Assembly: GCA_008632985.1 (NCBI GenBank)
Contig: QPGO01000011.1
Coordinates: 186,001-250,000, forward strand
Source: Psammoneis japonica
Taxonomy: Eukaryota
Reading direction: 5' to 3'
DNA length: 64,000 nt
Made by a program: the position numbers and the translations under genes. Positions within the stretch are counted from its first letter, which is position 1. The number at the start of each line of letters is the position of its first letter. The notes beneath the pieces were generated by a model. It was not told the DNA's origin, searched no databases, and saw nothing but the letters and a program-made list of their open reading frames with translations. This document shows positions 51,482 through 64,000 of this stretch, piece by piece.

Positions 51482-51519
51482 TGACGTCACGAACGAATGG
51501 CATTTTTGACCTGACGTCA
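51482..51519. promoter_or_regulatory. Paired TGACGTCA (CRE/bZIP) palindromes in the divergent GRASP / hypothetical promoter
   Basis: TGACGTCA at 51482 and 51512. The same octamer occurs at 37584 and 54772. Confidence 0.4.
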
Positions 51520-51732
51520 TCCGTAGATGCTACACAAATATCATACCAGAGCCAAAATTCCAAAAAATCGTCACAGCGGCAAATCACACAAAATCTTCCA
51601 TCTCACAAAAAGCCGTGTTGAGGCTGTGAAGTTGTTGTCGTCTCGGCTATTGCTTTCCGCTATCGACAAATTCATCGTTTCTGCTTACTACACGTTTCAA
51701 TGGCATTTAGTATCATATAGAAGACTTTCAAG

Positions 51733-52815
51733 ATGGATTCGAAAGAGAAAGACAGCACTAGCACATTGACTTCGGAGCAAGAGCATGAATTGCAATTCGG
51801 TTTGATCAACGAAACAAGCCAAGGACAAAAGAGAAATGATCCATGTGATTCTTTGGCAGCAAAACCTGATGCATCCTTGTCACATAACAGCGATGATGAC
51901 AAGTTGGAGGCAATCATGGCGTTGAAGGAACTAGTCAAGAAACAGCGAACCAAAATAACTCACCTCAAGCACCAACGCGAGCGACGACAACAACAGGAAC
52001 GAGAGCATGAAAAGGAGGAAGAAGAACGTCAAAAAACTGTCAACATAGTTGAACCCGATGAAGAGCTAGGCATGGTTCACCAATTAGATGAAGAGGAGGA
52101 TGAACCACTAGAAGAAAAGGCCTCGTCAAATAACGCAAAGGAAATGATGGCACTTTCCAGTAGGGTGCTTTCAGTCGAAGAAGACGCGGCCTTTGAATTG
52201 AGTGACGACGTGTACAGCATGGTTTTTCTCGCTGATTTTGCAAGTCCATCGTTTTGGTTTGGTGTTGGTGTCTTTGCGCTCAAGACACTCCTGTACAGCT
52301 TTATCACTATTGATCTTTTTGATGGCAACGAATCATTTCGAGATGCATCGACTATTGTTCGGACGGCACAATTCTTCATGCTACCCGTTGCCATCGCTAT
52401 TCAAGAGGATTTAACGACGTCTTACACCATGATTTCAAACGTAAAATATGACCCAATGATACGAGAAAAGTGTAAAGGGGCGACCAACACGAAATTTCAC
52501 TTGAGTGTCTGCTTGCGACTCATCGATGGCATGTTTTCGTTGGCGGTGAACGTCATTTTGTTGTTGCAAAGCACTGAAGTTTTATCCTTGTTCCTGAACT
52601 TCGCGGCACTTCAGTTTCTACAAAACATTGATGATGTCGCTTTCAAACTGGCCGCCGATGGATTCATGACGGACGGAATCGAGCAGATGGTATGCCATGT
52701 TAAGACCACGAGTCTGCCATGCAAGTCGAACAAAGTGTTAACGCGCATGGATTCCGTAATGTTTCTTGGTACCTACATTGCTCTGGTTGCTGCATGGATA
52801 ACAGTCACGATCTAG
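51733..52815 (+). CDS. Hypothetical membrane protein with acidic/coiled-coil N-terminus
   Basis: 360-aa ORF with several hydrophobic helices and LNFAALQFLQNIDDVAF. Confidence 0.8.
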   Translation: MDSKEKDSTSTLTSEQEHELQFGLINETSQGQKRNDPCDSLAAKPDASLSHNSDDDKLEAIMALKELVKKQRTKITHLKHQRERRQQQEREHEKEEEERQKTVNIVEPDEELGMVHQLDEEEDEPLEEKASSNNAKEMMALSSRVLSVEEDAAFELSDDVYSMVFLADFASPSFWFGVGVFALKTLLYSFITIDLFDGNESFRDASTIVRTAQFFMLPVAIAIQEDLTTSYTMISNVKYDPMIREKCKGATNTKFHLSVCLRLIDGMFSLAVNVILLLQSTEVLSLFLNFAALQFLQNIDDVAFKLAADGFMTDGIEQMVCHVKTTSLPCKSNKVLTRMDSVMFLGTYIALVAAWITVTI

Positions 52816-53206
52816 CGAAGGAAAGAACAGAATGCGGTATATTATTCAAACTATTAATATTCTAGGTCTACCATTATAGCATGTACCGGCACTGTAGGTA
52901 TAAAAAGCGCACTGCAAGTTCAAAGTGCACCTTGGGATCAACCCACAACTCTTGAACAGGAGGCCGCTCTCACTGCGAGAAACCGTGATATCGAAGAGAA
53001 TTTGAGCCGATTATTTAAAGGCCGTTGCCATTTCAAAAGCATTTGTGACGTGCGCTGCCACAAAATCAAAGAAGAGATTTGGGGTGCAATCTCAAACAAA
53101 CCTAGATAGGACAATTTACCTTCTTATTTTTTAAGAACAGTAAGGCAAATGGTTTATCAGCACCGGTTCCAGGTGGGCCGGTTAAACCAGTGCCACTGTC
53201 TCCCAT

Positions 53207-54568
53207 TCATCTTGCATTTGTCGGTTTGATGGTCTCTGTCGGCCTGTTGATCTCCAGGTAGTAACCTACAACGGTGTATCCACTATGAACCATAGCAGCG
53301 ATAACCACTGCCAAATCAATCCTGTCACAAGTTTGGAGCGAGACACCATGTTTATCATTCAAAACATAAACAATGGTGCTCTCTAGAACCAATATCAGTA
53401 GTGTGAAGAAAAACTGATTTAGGATCCGCTGCATTTTGATCTGATAGCCCACATTGGGGAGATGCGAGTCTACAGTCATGCGGATTCCCATTTGGGTGAA
53501 TGCAATGTTGAGAAGTAACAGTCCACGCATAAAGAGTCCGGTGGCTTCGAGACCATAAACAAAGGAGACACTGACAATGTTGAGAGCGGCAAGCATCGGC
53601 ATGATGTTCTGATCGTAGTACCCAGAATTGCGAACAACGTGGACACTCATACGAAGACATCTGTCTCGTTCGCTCTTGTCGTCTTTTCCAAAACTGGTGT
53701 ACGGGAATTCGAACTTGAGCCCTTCCTTGTCGTACTCAAACTCGGGTATCTTCAAATCGTCGACAATCAGTCCATGTGGGACCCGTGTTGTTCCCATGCT
53801 GTCGTGTTCGGTTGCTAAACCAAGCCTCCATTTCCTCTTGTCCCACACATCGCCTTTCTGACGTTGACTCAAAATGCCAATTTTCAAAACAATATCATGC
53901 TCGTCATGAGGAAACGTGTCTACTCGGATATTGTCTTGAAGAAGTATGGCGTCATAGAGACAGGACCACCTCATCAGTTTGGAATCTTCTCTCAGAAGAT
54001 TGACCTCTGGCTGGTCAATAACGTTGAAGGATACCGCATTCAAAATCGAAACTGGAGGCACATCAACCGTTCTTGCCACTGCAACAGAATCATTTAGTTC
54101 TACTTGTGACGCCCTCCGTCGGCCTTGCATCTTCCACATGGTTGCTGTCGCCGACGAAGCGCTGTCCCCACTGTCCATCTTGTCGTCATCGTCCGACGGA
54201 TCATTCCAAAACATGGTGATTCGAAACTTCATTGGCACTCGACCCAAGCACACATCGACAGGACCAATGTACCAAATCACTACTTGAAAACGGATGCTTT
54301 GCAGCGGTCCGAGGCGTATACTGTTGAAACTTGAACTGTAGTCTCTTGCATAAACTACCGGAGCTGCCGAGAGAATTGGTGAAGATTCATCCGTTGCTTC
54401 CAAAAGATTGCTCCGGCTTAAACTCATGCCAATCGATGCCACCCCTTCTTCGACAGACTCCAAATCACCGTCGGACGTCTCTGACATGGACAGCTGACGT
54501 CCCCGTAGGGAGTCCAGTTTGTGGAGGCTTAGTTGCCGATCAATAATCAAGCTCGGACCATAGCTCAT
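53207..54568 (-). CDS. Pentameric ligand-gated ion channel-like protein (Cys-less Pro-loop)
   Basis: F.ITMFWND, (F/Y)PxD loop FPHDEHD, pre-M1 RNSGYY, four TM segments and LP.VGY in the M2-M3 loop. First ATG at 54568. Confidence 0.75.
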   Translation of the reverse strand: MSYGPSLIIDRQLSLHKLDSLRGRQLSMSETSDGDLESVEEGVASIGMSLSRSNLLEATDESSPILSAAPVVYARDYSSSFNSIRLGPLQSIRFQVVIWYIGPVDVCLGRVPMKFRITMFWNDPSDDDDKMDSGDSASSATATMWKMQGRRRASQVELNDSVAVARTVDVPPVSILNAVSFNVIDQPEVNLLREDSKLMRWSCLYDAILLQDNIRVDTFPHDEHDIVLKIGILSQRQKGDVWDKRKWRLGLATEHDSMGTTRVPHGLIVDDLKIPEFEYDKEGLKFEFPYTSFGKDDKSERDRCLRMSVHVVRNSGYYDQNIMPMLAALNIVSVSFVYGLEATGLFMRGLLLLNIAFTQMGIRMTVDSHLPNVGYQIKMQRILNQFFFTLLILVLESTIVYVLNDKHGVSLQTCDRIDLAVVIAAMVHSGYTVVGYYLEINRPTETIKPTNAR

Positions 54569-54849
54569 TCTCACGTTAAAAAAGCTACAAGCTATTCAAG
54601 TCACCGACCAAAAGATACAAAAAGCTTTACTTCGAAAGGATTCTGTTGTCAGAAATAAATGACACGTTGACCAAAAGGCTGGAAGATTTGAGAAAGAGGG
54701 AGCAAACTTCGTTGACCACGTCGGAAGCAAAAAACGCGACCTTCTCATTCTTGCTTTCGTCATCAAACTTGTGACGTCACATCTCATCAACTTATGTATG
54801 TACACACTGTACCGCATTCCCCCCCTTGTTCCAACACCAAAGCCAGCAA

Positions 54850-57800
54850 GAATGTGTCATGACAATCATCGTACAATGCTGGCATTTTCACATCAGAGGA
54901 GGCTGAGAAACGTGTCACTGGCTGGAAATTACAGTCTCACTGCTTAAGTCTGGTGGCTCAAGCTGGCTGGCATTGTGCCCCCAACACCATTTTTTGTGCC
55001 CCATCTCTTCGTCTTTTCTTCAAAGAAGTGGAGAGCCACTCTCTCTCCTGTTGCAAGTGTGTCTGCCATGTTGGAGCACAAGGTTGGATCACATGTGTTT
55101 GACACAAATGATTGCCAACTGGAGTTGGCACAGCCACATGATTTTTGGTCCTGCAATGCAAGAAACCCCTGTCTTTCAAACAAGAAGAAGGGCAGCAGCT
55201 GCCAAACAAAAGATGCCTGACCCTGACCCCAACCTCAACCTCTCTCTCGAACGGACAAACAAAATTGGTGAATGGTTTCTTCAAAAATTTGGCTTTGGTT
55301 TGGCCATGCACAGGGCAATGGCTTCTGTGGTCAGAAAGACATGCTGCGATGCGATGTCGCCACACAGATCATTTGAGTGCCACCGCTGTGTGATCTGCCT
55401 GCCAGGAAAACAAGTGTCATCATGCAGAGGCAATTTTGGCATGTGATGTGCACCCTCCATGAAGCTGCTCTCTGCCATTTTGCAGCCTGATCCTCTCCAT
55501 CTTCTTGGTGGGGGGGGGGGTTCTCCAGCCAGCTGCTGGCTGAAGAACATTGTGTGGAAGTTGCGCTGAAACAGTCTGTCGATCTGTGTGTCAGGGGGGG
55601 GTTGGTGAATGCAAGACAGACTCAACGTCTTTTGTGCATGCAAAAATTGTGCTGACAAAACCCCCAAACACACTGATGAGCAGATTTTTTCCAGCCAGCA
55701 GCTGGCTGGAGAGACGTCCCCCCCAGTGTCAGGCAAGATCATGGAAGAAGCTTGTGCCTTTTGAAGATGCATGTGCCTCTGTCTGCAGTCTGCAGTTTTC
55801 CATGAAGCTGTTCCAGCCAAGCATTTGCAAACATGAGGAGACCTTCTTGTGCAGCATGGCCATGACACAATGGGAAGAGATGCCACAAGAGTCGCACCAC
55901 TCTGTGGCACATTTGACAACTGCAGCCACCACATGACCTGTGCAGCCAAAGCAGTGGTGGTGACATGGTTGACAATGCCAGCCAAAGGTGGGTTAAGAGC
56001 ACAGCTGCACTGCACTGGTGCCATGTTGTTGTTGCAAGTCAACAACAGCACCAGAGGACAGCTGCTGGCTGCTGGCTGGCTTGTTTTCTTTGCCACGTCA
56101 AGCAACTGCCACATCAGACAACTGCCAATTGTTTGATTGCTGGGCATCTGCAAGCATCAACATCATTTGTGCTGCACCATCTGCTGCATCAGACACATGC
56201 CAATTGTTTGATTGCCACAGATCTACAAGCACTCTGGCATTTTCCAAACAATGGTGAAGCAAATTTGATGTGCAACATCATTTGTGTTTTGAGCAATGTT
56301 GTGGTGAAAGTCTTTTGCATTTGTCTTGTGCCAAGCCAGCTCACAAAATGAAAATTTTGGCATCAGTCAAGAAGCACCCTTTGCAACTGCACTCTGCACT
56401 CAGGTTGTGGAAGGTGAGTGCAGAGCACAATTTTCTGGCTTTCTTTACAAACAAACAGCCTGAACAAATTGCATTGATGCAGTGAACCATGATGCTCCAC
56501 AAGAAATGGCCTTTGCAATGAAAATTTTGGAAAAATCTGTGTGTTCATGGTTGTGTTCTGCAGATGTCACCAGAGAGTGGAGCTGCACAAAACAGTGTCA
56601 AAAGTTGCCAATGGACGACCCAACAACTGAGCTGCAAACTGACATGAAACAAATCCAAAGTGCTTGAATTTTGCAATGACAAATCAAAAAATGCAAAATG
56701 TCACAGCCCACTGCTGCAGCTGTTGTGGGGCACTGTTCTGTCATGTGACATTGAATTTTGCCATGACACATCAAAAAATGCAAAACATGACAGCCCCCCT
56801 GCTGCAGCTGTTGTGGGGCACTGTTCTGGCTGTCATGTGACATTGGTCTGGACAAGTGGCACATGTCTGCAGAGAGTGAATGGGAAGCATCATGGTTGGC
56901 CGGGCAAGACAAGCTTGCTTTTTGCCAAGAGGGTGTGGTTGAGAAGCAACCTCACCATCCTCTGTGATGTTTTTTGTCTGCCTTGCACATTTTTTCATGC
57001 AGGGCAATTAAAAAATGATGTCTTTCTTCTTTGGTTGAGCTTCTGTTTAAGGCTCAGTCCTCACAACACAAGTTCTCTTCTCTCCTGTGCTGAACTTGCC
57101 AAGCCACTCACTTGCGCCTTGGCCCTGTCATGTGGCCAGCTTGCAGACCTCCCAAGCTGGGAGTGGTGAGTGGCTTCTGCCAGAGTGCACTTTTCAGAAC
57201 TTCTTTCAATGCTGTGTGCCACAGCCACAACTTGCTCACTCTCTCACTGGCTCTCTCCTCACAAGAAGCTCTTCACAAACAATGCAGTGCTCCACGACAC
57301 TCCAAACTGAAAACTGCCACACTGGCGCCAGCAGGCTCTCTGGCAGCCTCACACTGACAATTCACAAAAGGAATCTACACACAAAACTTGACCACCATGT
57401 GCAATGTTTCTCTGTGGGAAGAGAGTGTGGCGCTGGAGCAAGATGATGACACTGGCCCATGTTTCTTGCTTCTGCAATGATGCAACCTTTTTTCTTTGCT
57501 CAGCACCCAACCACAGTGGGTGCAAAGCTCTTCTTGCTCTTTTTTGGCTTTCAGAATGTGTTGATTTCCCTCTTGGTCTTCTCAGGATTTGAGACAACTG
57601 AACTTGCTGGTGAGGACAGGGTTGTGGCATCTCCACACCACAGTCTCCTCCATCCAGCACAGAGAGCTTGTCATCATGCTGCCTCGTGCACACACTGATC
57701 TGACAAATTGAAAATGACCAAAGTGCGCCGCACTTCTCAAGCACTCTGTCTGCACTGCTGCTGCTTGTCAAAACTGCTCCATGGGTCAAAACCTGCATTT

Positions 57801-59100
57801 TCTTCTTTGAGACTCAAGGTTGGTGCACCATCCCCACACACATTGTTTTGGTGTTTTCCATGCATGTGGGGAAGAAGCCACATGACTCTGACTTTTCTCT
57901 CACATGAGCTGCTTAAAAACAGCTGCTCAAAGCAGCTGAGTCAAGGGCTGGTCATCACATCCAGAATCTTGCTCACTTGCCAGTTGGTCTTGGTGAGTTG
58001 AACTCTTGAGACAGAAAGAAGCAAGCATGTTGAGTCAGCTTGAGAGTGCAGAAGCACTGCATTTTTCAGCAGTCCAATCCAGCCATCAATGACACATTGC
58101 ACATGCTTGTTGCACACAATGCCTTTGGCTGTTTCAACTTGAAAATTGGAGCTCATGACAAACAATGCAGCAATGCTTTTGGGACTGTCATGGCATGCCA
58201 CAGGCCCAACATCTCTGAGCTTCTCATTGTCAATCCACCCAAAAAAAAACAAGAGCTTCTTTGCCAGCATGCATGTCATTGAAAACAAACAAGGAGAGCA
58301 TGGGCCACTCTTCTTGCAGTGAACTGAGTTTGCTCAACATTGTTGCCAGTGCCACAGCACAGCATTCAGTGTCACAGCACGAGGCTGAAAATCTCCCTCC
58401 AGCAAAACATTCAAGCAAAAGATGCAGCTTCTGTCCTGGTCTGTCAACACTGAAGCATCTTTTGCAGCAACTGCACCTGTTTTCTGAGGCATGAAGGAAG
58501 ATGCAACAAAACAGTGATGCCAAGAGGCAACAGCAGAAACGGCTGCTGACATTGAGTGCTGGTGCACTCATTTTCATTGCCAAGGCTTTTTTGTCACTGT
58601 CAGCCTTGTTGGACACATGCAGCACTTTTTAGAGCAATCCATGTTGGGAGTGTTTCAACTTTGGAGGAAGTTTGCAGAAGAAACTTTGAACCACCTGACC
58701 ATGCAACAAGTTCACACTCTGGCTCAAGCTCTGCAGGAACACAACAACTGTTTGCTGCTTTTGAACCCAATCTTGTCTGACAGTCTGGAGAAAGAGAGTT
58801 GTGGAGATGTCACTGTGCTTGACAAGCAACAACAACAGCCAAAACTCTCAGGAGGTGAGCTTGTTTTTTGAAACGGTTTTGCTGCTTCTGAATTCTGTCT
58901 GACTGTTGCTTGCCATGCAGCTGAGTGGTGAAGCCCCAAGCATTGGGGGACAAGGAGAGTTGCAAACACATGCCCATGCATTTGATGAACTTTCTTCTTG
59001 ATTCCGCACCATTCTTGACACCCCATGAAGAACCTGAGAAGGCTGTTGTTGAAAGGTGCCCGCAGCAACATTTTGAAGTTGTGCCACAATTGGTGGGTCC
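54850..59100. other. TpA/CpG-depleted hypermutated block 5 (unidentified decayed element)
   Basis: Very few TA or CG over 4.2 kb. Internal duplications at about 56105-56235 and 56665-56845 differ at TG/CA/TA sites. Confidence 0.85.
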
Positions 59101-59554
59101 GTGTTGAAATTAACTAGGCTCAATTTTTCAAAACTTTGTCAAAGCACCTGTAGAAGCATCAGATGTCATGCAGGAGAGAATGCAATAAAGACATTGGTGA
59201 ATCTCGACTGGCATCGAGAAGGCATGGGTCATTGCGGTTCCTCTGCAGCAGAGGAGTGATGCCGATCGTTGATGAGGGGTCTACCGTGGAGACACTGCAA
59301 GGAAGAGTAGAAACAATTGACTGCATTAGTAGAAACAGGAGAGTGCCGCCTTCTCTCGGTTTGTAGAAACTCTAAGTTTTAGTGTACTGTGGATGCGGAG
59401 AGATCTCAGCTGTCACAACACCGCACCGGTGCATTGTCGAATACCGGTAGAACGAGAAGTACAACTTGCGCAAAAAGATCCTCTACAGAGTAGGAAAAGT
59501 AGGAAAAAAGGCACCTAACATTATCTAGATCAGAAGAATACACGACAGCTCGCT

Positions 59555-62500
59555 TCACCTCAATTTGTTCTGCAATGCTACTGCTAGACTACCGCTGAGA
59601 GTCGAGTCGTTGGATTTTACAGTCACGTCCAAGCGTGTGCCTGAAATGTCGGGAGAAACCTTTCCATGAATAAGAGCTACATGAGTAGCACCACACATTC
59701 CAGCACAAATCCCTTCATTAGTTGCAGAAATTGACTCCACCTTGTGAGCACCCAGCAAAGCGCAAACGTCCATGAACTTGTCCAACGAGTCCACCTTTGT
59801 GGATGTTAGTGAGATTGGAGACGTGGCGGCGCAAGCACCCCACTGCTGGCCGTACTGAGCTGTTGATATTTCTAGAGGGGCCATTGGCGCACCATTAAAT
59901 TCGAATTTGTTAAAGCTAGCGTTTGCAGCCAAGGACGCCAAGGGTGCATCCGTCACACCACCAAGTAGACCTTCCGCCGCAAAGGGATCGTCTTCTTGAG
60001 GCGCCGGTGCAGGAGCCTCAACTTCTTCTTCGTCTTCATCGTCGTCTTCTACTGTTTCAACAACGGGAGGAGCAGCAGTTGCGGCAGGTGGAGGCTCGAC
60101 GGGAGCAAAGATATCAATATTACTATCCGATGGTGGCGCCGCTGGAGCCGGCGCGTCATCAAACGCACTCATATCCAACAAATCAATCTCTGGTGCCGGT
60201 GCTGGAGCGGGTGGTGCAGCTGCCGCAGGAGGAGGAGCCGCGGCGGGTGTTGGCTTGGCTGGTGCAAAGGAGGAAGGAGCTGGTGGAGGCGAGGCGCCGG
60301 GAACGACTCCACCAAACAATGCTGCTGCCATTCGTTCCTTTTCCGTCAACTCCTTGGGCTTTTCGGGCTCTGGAGGAGGACCTGTATCAAAGCCACTGCC
60401 GCCTCCACCATAGGCACTCGTGCTTGGTGTCGTGTTGTAGGCATCGCTACTTCCACCAAAGCCACTACCAGAATCACTTGCTGCCGGTGCCGGAGCTGGA
60501 GTTGCCGCAGAAGTTAAGCCTCCCTTGCCCCAAACACTGGCAACGTTACGAACATTGAGTTGCGTTTCGGAAGATGCGCCAGCATCTTGTGACACTGCGC
60601 CACCTCCGCCGTGGTATCCGCCGCCACCCGGTGGCAATGATGCTTGAGCTTGTTGAGCACGCATACCCGCGAGATTGGTTGGCTTTGTTGGTTTCTCGTA
60701 CGGTGTCATTTTGAATGCCGACGTTTCGGTACGACCACCGCCGCCATAATCATAGTCGTCCTCCTCATCATCATCGTCGTCGGGTTTGCAGTACTCCAAC
60801 GACCCATTCGAAATGGCTTGTTGCACAAAGTGATCCATAAAGCTCAAATTGACGTCGACACCGACATCCTCGCAACTCGCGTCGACGGGAAGGACTTCAC
60901 CCATAATTTCGGGCGCCGTCGTGAGCAAGTTTTGAAACTCCAAACATCGCTGTTGCAAGTCGACATCTTTGGATGTGGTAAAGTCATCCATGACGGCTGC
61001 GGCGTGAGGAGGACATGTACCAGACTGTGCCACGAGTTTCATAATGGCAGCAATCAGAAACTTGCGAGTCGTCGGTGCCAGTTTGGTGGCCTTGAATTTG
61101 CGAGTCATGGTACAAAGCTGCAGGAGAATTTCGTCTAACGACGACACGGCACTGAGATAGCCGTATTCACCGAGACACCACGCCATGGTTTCAAGTAGGA
61201 TACGTGGCAACTTGGCTGCTGACTTTTTCTTGAGAAGCTGCGCATAAATCTCAACCGCTTCTTGTCTCAGCAGCATGTCGGCTTCTTCACTCTCGCCCGT
61301 ACCTTCGGCAATTAGTGACATGAGATTCTGCGCCACCTCGGGTCTTACCATGTCTCCACTAATCTCGAAGAGCTCCGTGATTGTAGCAATATACCAGGCA
61401 TTGTTGGGAGCATACCGTTCCGCCACGGAGCAGACTCTGGTGGTGAGCACCTTTTTGAGAAAGTCGTCCGTGGTTCCTCGCAAAAAGTCCAAGAGTTTCT
61501 CTGTGATGAATTCGACATTGACGGGATTGACAAGCTTGTAGAGCAAGTCCAATGTGAAACAAAAAAGGCATAGAGCTACTGTCAGTACTTATCAAGATAG
61601 AGCTAACACACACGGATCATGTACACCAATAGAGACAACATTATGAGTGCCTCACCTTGTAGAGCAAGTCCAAGGTGCGTCGTTGAAGGGTCGTGTCTTT
61701 TCGAAGCATTCATTGTTGGGGGGGGGGTTGGTCAGATGACGCAATGCAATCCAAGTACACGTGGTTACAGTACGTACCTTCATCCTCAAGACAATCCATA
61801 ACAGCCAGCTGATGCGCCGCAGCATACTGTGGGTGCGACTCGACAATGGCTGCAAGGCCTGTAACACCCAAATACTTCAAGTTATGGGACTTCGATTGGA
61901 TGAAGCGACTGATGGCTGATTTCAGCAAAGGGAAAAAGAGGACGTCAGCAAAGGAGATCCAATGACAGTGACATGCAGTTGAATCTCACCTTCGGCGGCG
62001 GCATCGAGAAGCGTCGGATTGGGATAGAGAGCCACAATGGTGCGAACGCACTCATAAACAACCGCATACCCGGCATTGATACCGACATCGGCCTTTTTGA
62101 GAGTGTCATGAAGAATCTCATAAGCTCCAGAACTGGCAGTAGCATCGTTGGTTCCTAGAATTCCCAAAATGCGGATGATCTTCATTTGCATCCACGGCGC
62201 AGGCACACGGTGATAATCATAGTCACTTGGTAGGCGTCCTTCTCCAATTTGTTTTAGAATAGAAACAAGAGATGGGATCAAGTCCTTGAAAGGACCTGGG
62301 TCCGACGCAGCCATGGCCTGAATGACATTGAGCGAAGCTCCCATAACAGAGGGATCTCGGTCACACAAGACCTTACGTAGCTTATCTGTCAACTCCTCTT
62401 TGGTGACGGTTTCAGGTGCCAATTGATGGAATCGATGCAAGCAAATAATGGCCTTTTTGCGTACCGTTTCGGATGCATGATCCAACAGAGGAGTCACAAG

Positions 62501-62977
62501 CGTCGTCATGGCTGGCACCATATCACTGGTAATTAGTGAAGTAGACGCCAAGAGACCTCCACAAATCTCTAGTACGTGTGTCGACTGCAAATCCCGTTGC
62601 ATTTGATTGACCAGCATGAAACGAAACTCATGAGACGGTGCCAAACACGCTCCACATACGAGATACCCCGTGCGTTTGTGGTAGAGACTGGCAGACGCAG
62701 CCATCTCCACCGCCTTGATGTATCCAAAACTGCCGTCGTGGCCCAACATCTCCACATACAAGAGCCGTACGAGAAACTCCTTGGCTCGTTTCTTGGATCC
62801 CAAGAGGTTCTGGTTCTTGCCTGGGCCCGACTGAATCACGGCAGGCGCCTCCATTTGCTTTTTGAGCGTCTGAACTTCCTTTGCAATGATACGATCTTCT
62901 TCTTGCTTAGACTTGGACTCGCCGATTGCTTTTAGTAGTTCAAAGAACTCTTTTGAGAGGTTCGTTCCGGACGCCAT
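59555..62977 (-). CDS. AP4E1: AP-4 complex subunit epsilon (adaptin)
   Basis: LSKEFFELLKAIGESKSKQEEDRII, EMLGHD.SFGYIKAV, YDYHRVPAPWMQ, VAERYAP.N.WYI, DLQQRC.E and LPVDASCED. Three short introns between about 61553 and 61990. Confidence 0.95.
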
Positions 62978-63401
62978 GGTTTGTTGTGGGGGTGCTGTAT
63001 GAGTAGTTGGAAGCGGTTACGAATCTCAGCGCCGGTGCTGTCGGTCATCGCGGTGCTCTGTCGCGATCGCGATCGCGACGATCGCGACGACCTACTGCAT
63101 CCAATAGCAATGACGCATTCTGCTTTTCGAAACGCCAAATTCCAGATTCCGTTTTTGAATACCCCGTTTTTTTTCAGCACGAGCAGAGCACTCTCATTGG
63201 TTCGTCTTCGAAGCGACGTAGAAAGGATACCACACCCTACGACGACCCTCACAAATGCAGCTCAAGCAGCGATGGAGCTCAAGGCTCAAGCGCAAGTGAA
63301 GCAACAAAAAACTCCAAAACGACGACTTCTAACTTGTTCTGCAACGTGCAACCCATTGTCATCTCGAACGTGCTCATAAAATTAAAAAAACAATAGCTTA
63401 T

Positions 63402-63854
63402 ATGGGCAACGCAAAATCTTCAACAAACACAAAAGTCAACATGTCGGAAACGATCAACTTTATCAATCAAGAAAACGCAAAACATGATGTGAGTGCAAAA
63501 TACCGAGAGATGGCGGCATGTTTGTTCATTTTTCATTGTTCTCACACAATCGCAACCACCAATTGAATTGCCATTTTTACAGGTCGTCATTTGGTCAAAA
63601 TCCTACTGTCAGTATTGTGCACAAACAAAGCGTCTAGTGGCTTCTCTCGATCATGTCGATTACAAGGTCACGAACTGGATGTCATGCCGAATGGGTACAA
63701 GATACAACAAGGACTGATACAGCTGACGGGCCAACGAACAGTCCCGAGTGTCTTTGTCCATGGACAGCATTTAGGTGGAAATGATGATACACAATATGCA
63801 CATCACACTGGAAAGTTACAGGAATTGTTATTGATTGGAGTGGAGTCGCAGTAA
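63402..63854 (+). CDS. Dithiol glutaredoxin (CQYC)
   Basis: VVIWSKSYCQYC, TGQRTVPSVFV.G.HLGGNDD. Intron 63489-63582. 1-nt deletion near 63668. Confidence 0.9.
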
Positions 63855-64000
63855 AGAATACATATCTCAATCAGATGGAGATACAGTAAATTAAAAGTAT
63901 ACGAATCATTCATTCCCAGTTTCAACTAAAACTTATGTAGATTCACCAATCAACACTACCATGAAGATTACGCGTTTCCCCGGCGCTGCCTCTTGGAAGG

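Noticed and set aside
55729..56002. SWIM/MULE transposase or Helitron motif in block 5, and weak inverted ends at about 54825 and 59101
   Set aside because: Cys/His are inflated by the mutation bias, the motifs fall in different frames, and the end similarity is only about 8 bp.

Overview
Eukaryotic genomic window, most likely a diatom. This is inferred from the short GT-AG introns, the CoDi-like copia elements and the gene set. About 17 ordinary host genes are present: RPL7, an LCAT/PDAT-family acyltransferase, SF3B4, a 2OG-Fe(II) oxygenase-like protein, two Rab11 copies, a class-3 lipase, a chlamydial-type TGT, an STK16-like kinase, a RelA/SpoT-like+TPR protein, GRASP, a Cys-less pLGIC, AP-4 epsilon, a glutaredoxin and several hypotheticals. 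These alternate with five blocks (about 1.65-7.45, 15.6-18.85, 20.6-31.1, 33.95-36.5 and 54.85-59.1 kb) almost devoid of TpA, poor in CpG and rich in TpG/CpA. The blocks hold decayed copia and DIRS/Ngaro-like retroelements and decayed gene copies. Aligning duplicates within the window shows the same ancestral TA or CG resolved to TG in one copy and CA in the other, for example RT motif QVDY becoming QVDC versus QVNH. The main candidate novel system is a RIP-like, repeat-targeted hypermutation that includes strand-symmetric A:T->G:C transitions at TpA, the opposite of fungal RIP, and fades out into flanking DNA. Many host genes carry single-base homopolymer deletions that look like long-read assembly errors. 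There is one N gap (45298-45834). All composition statements are by eye, not computed.
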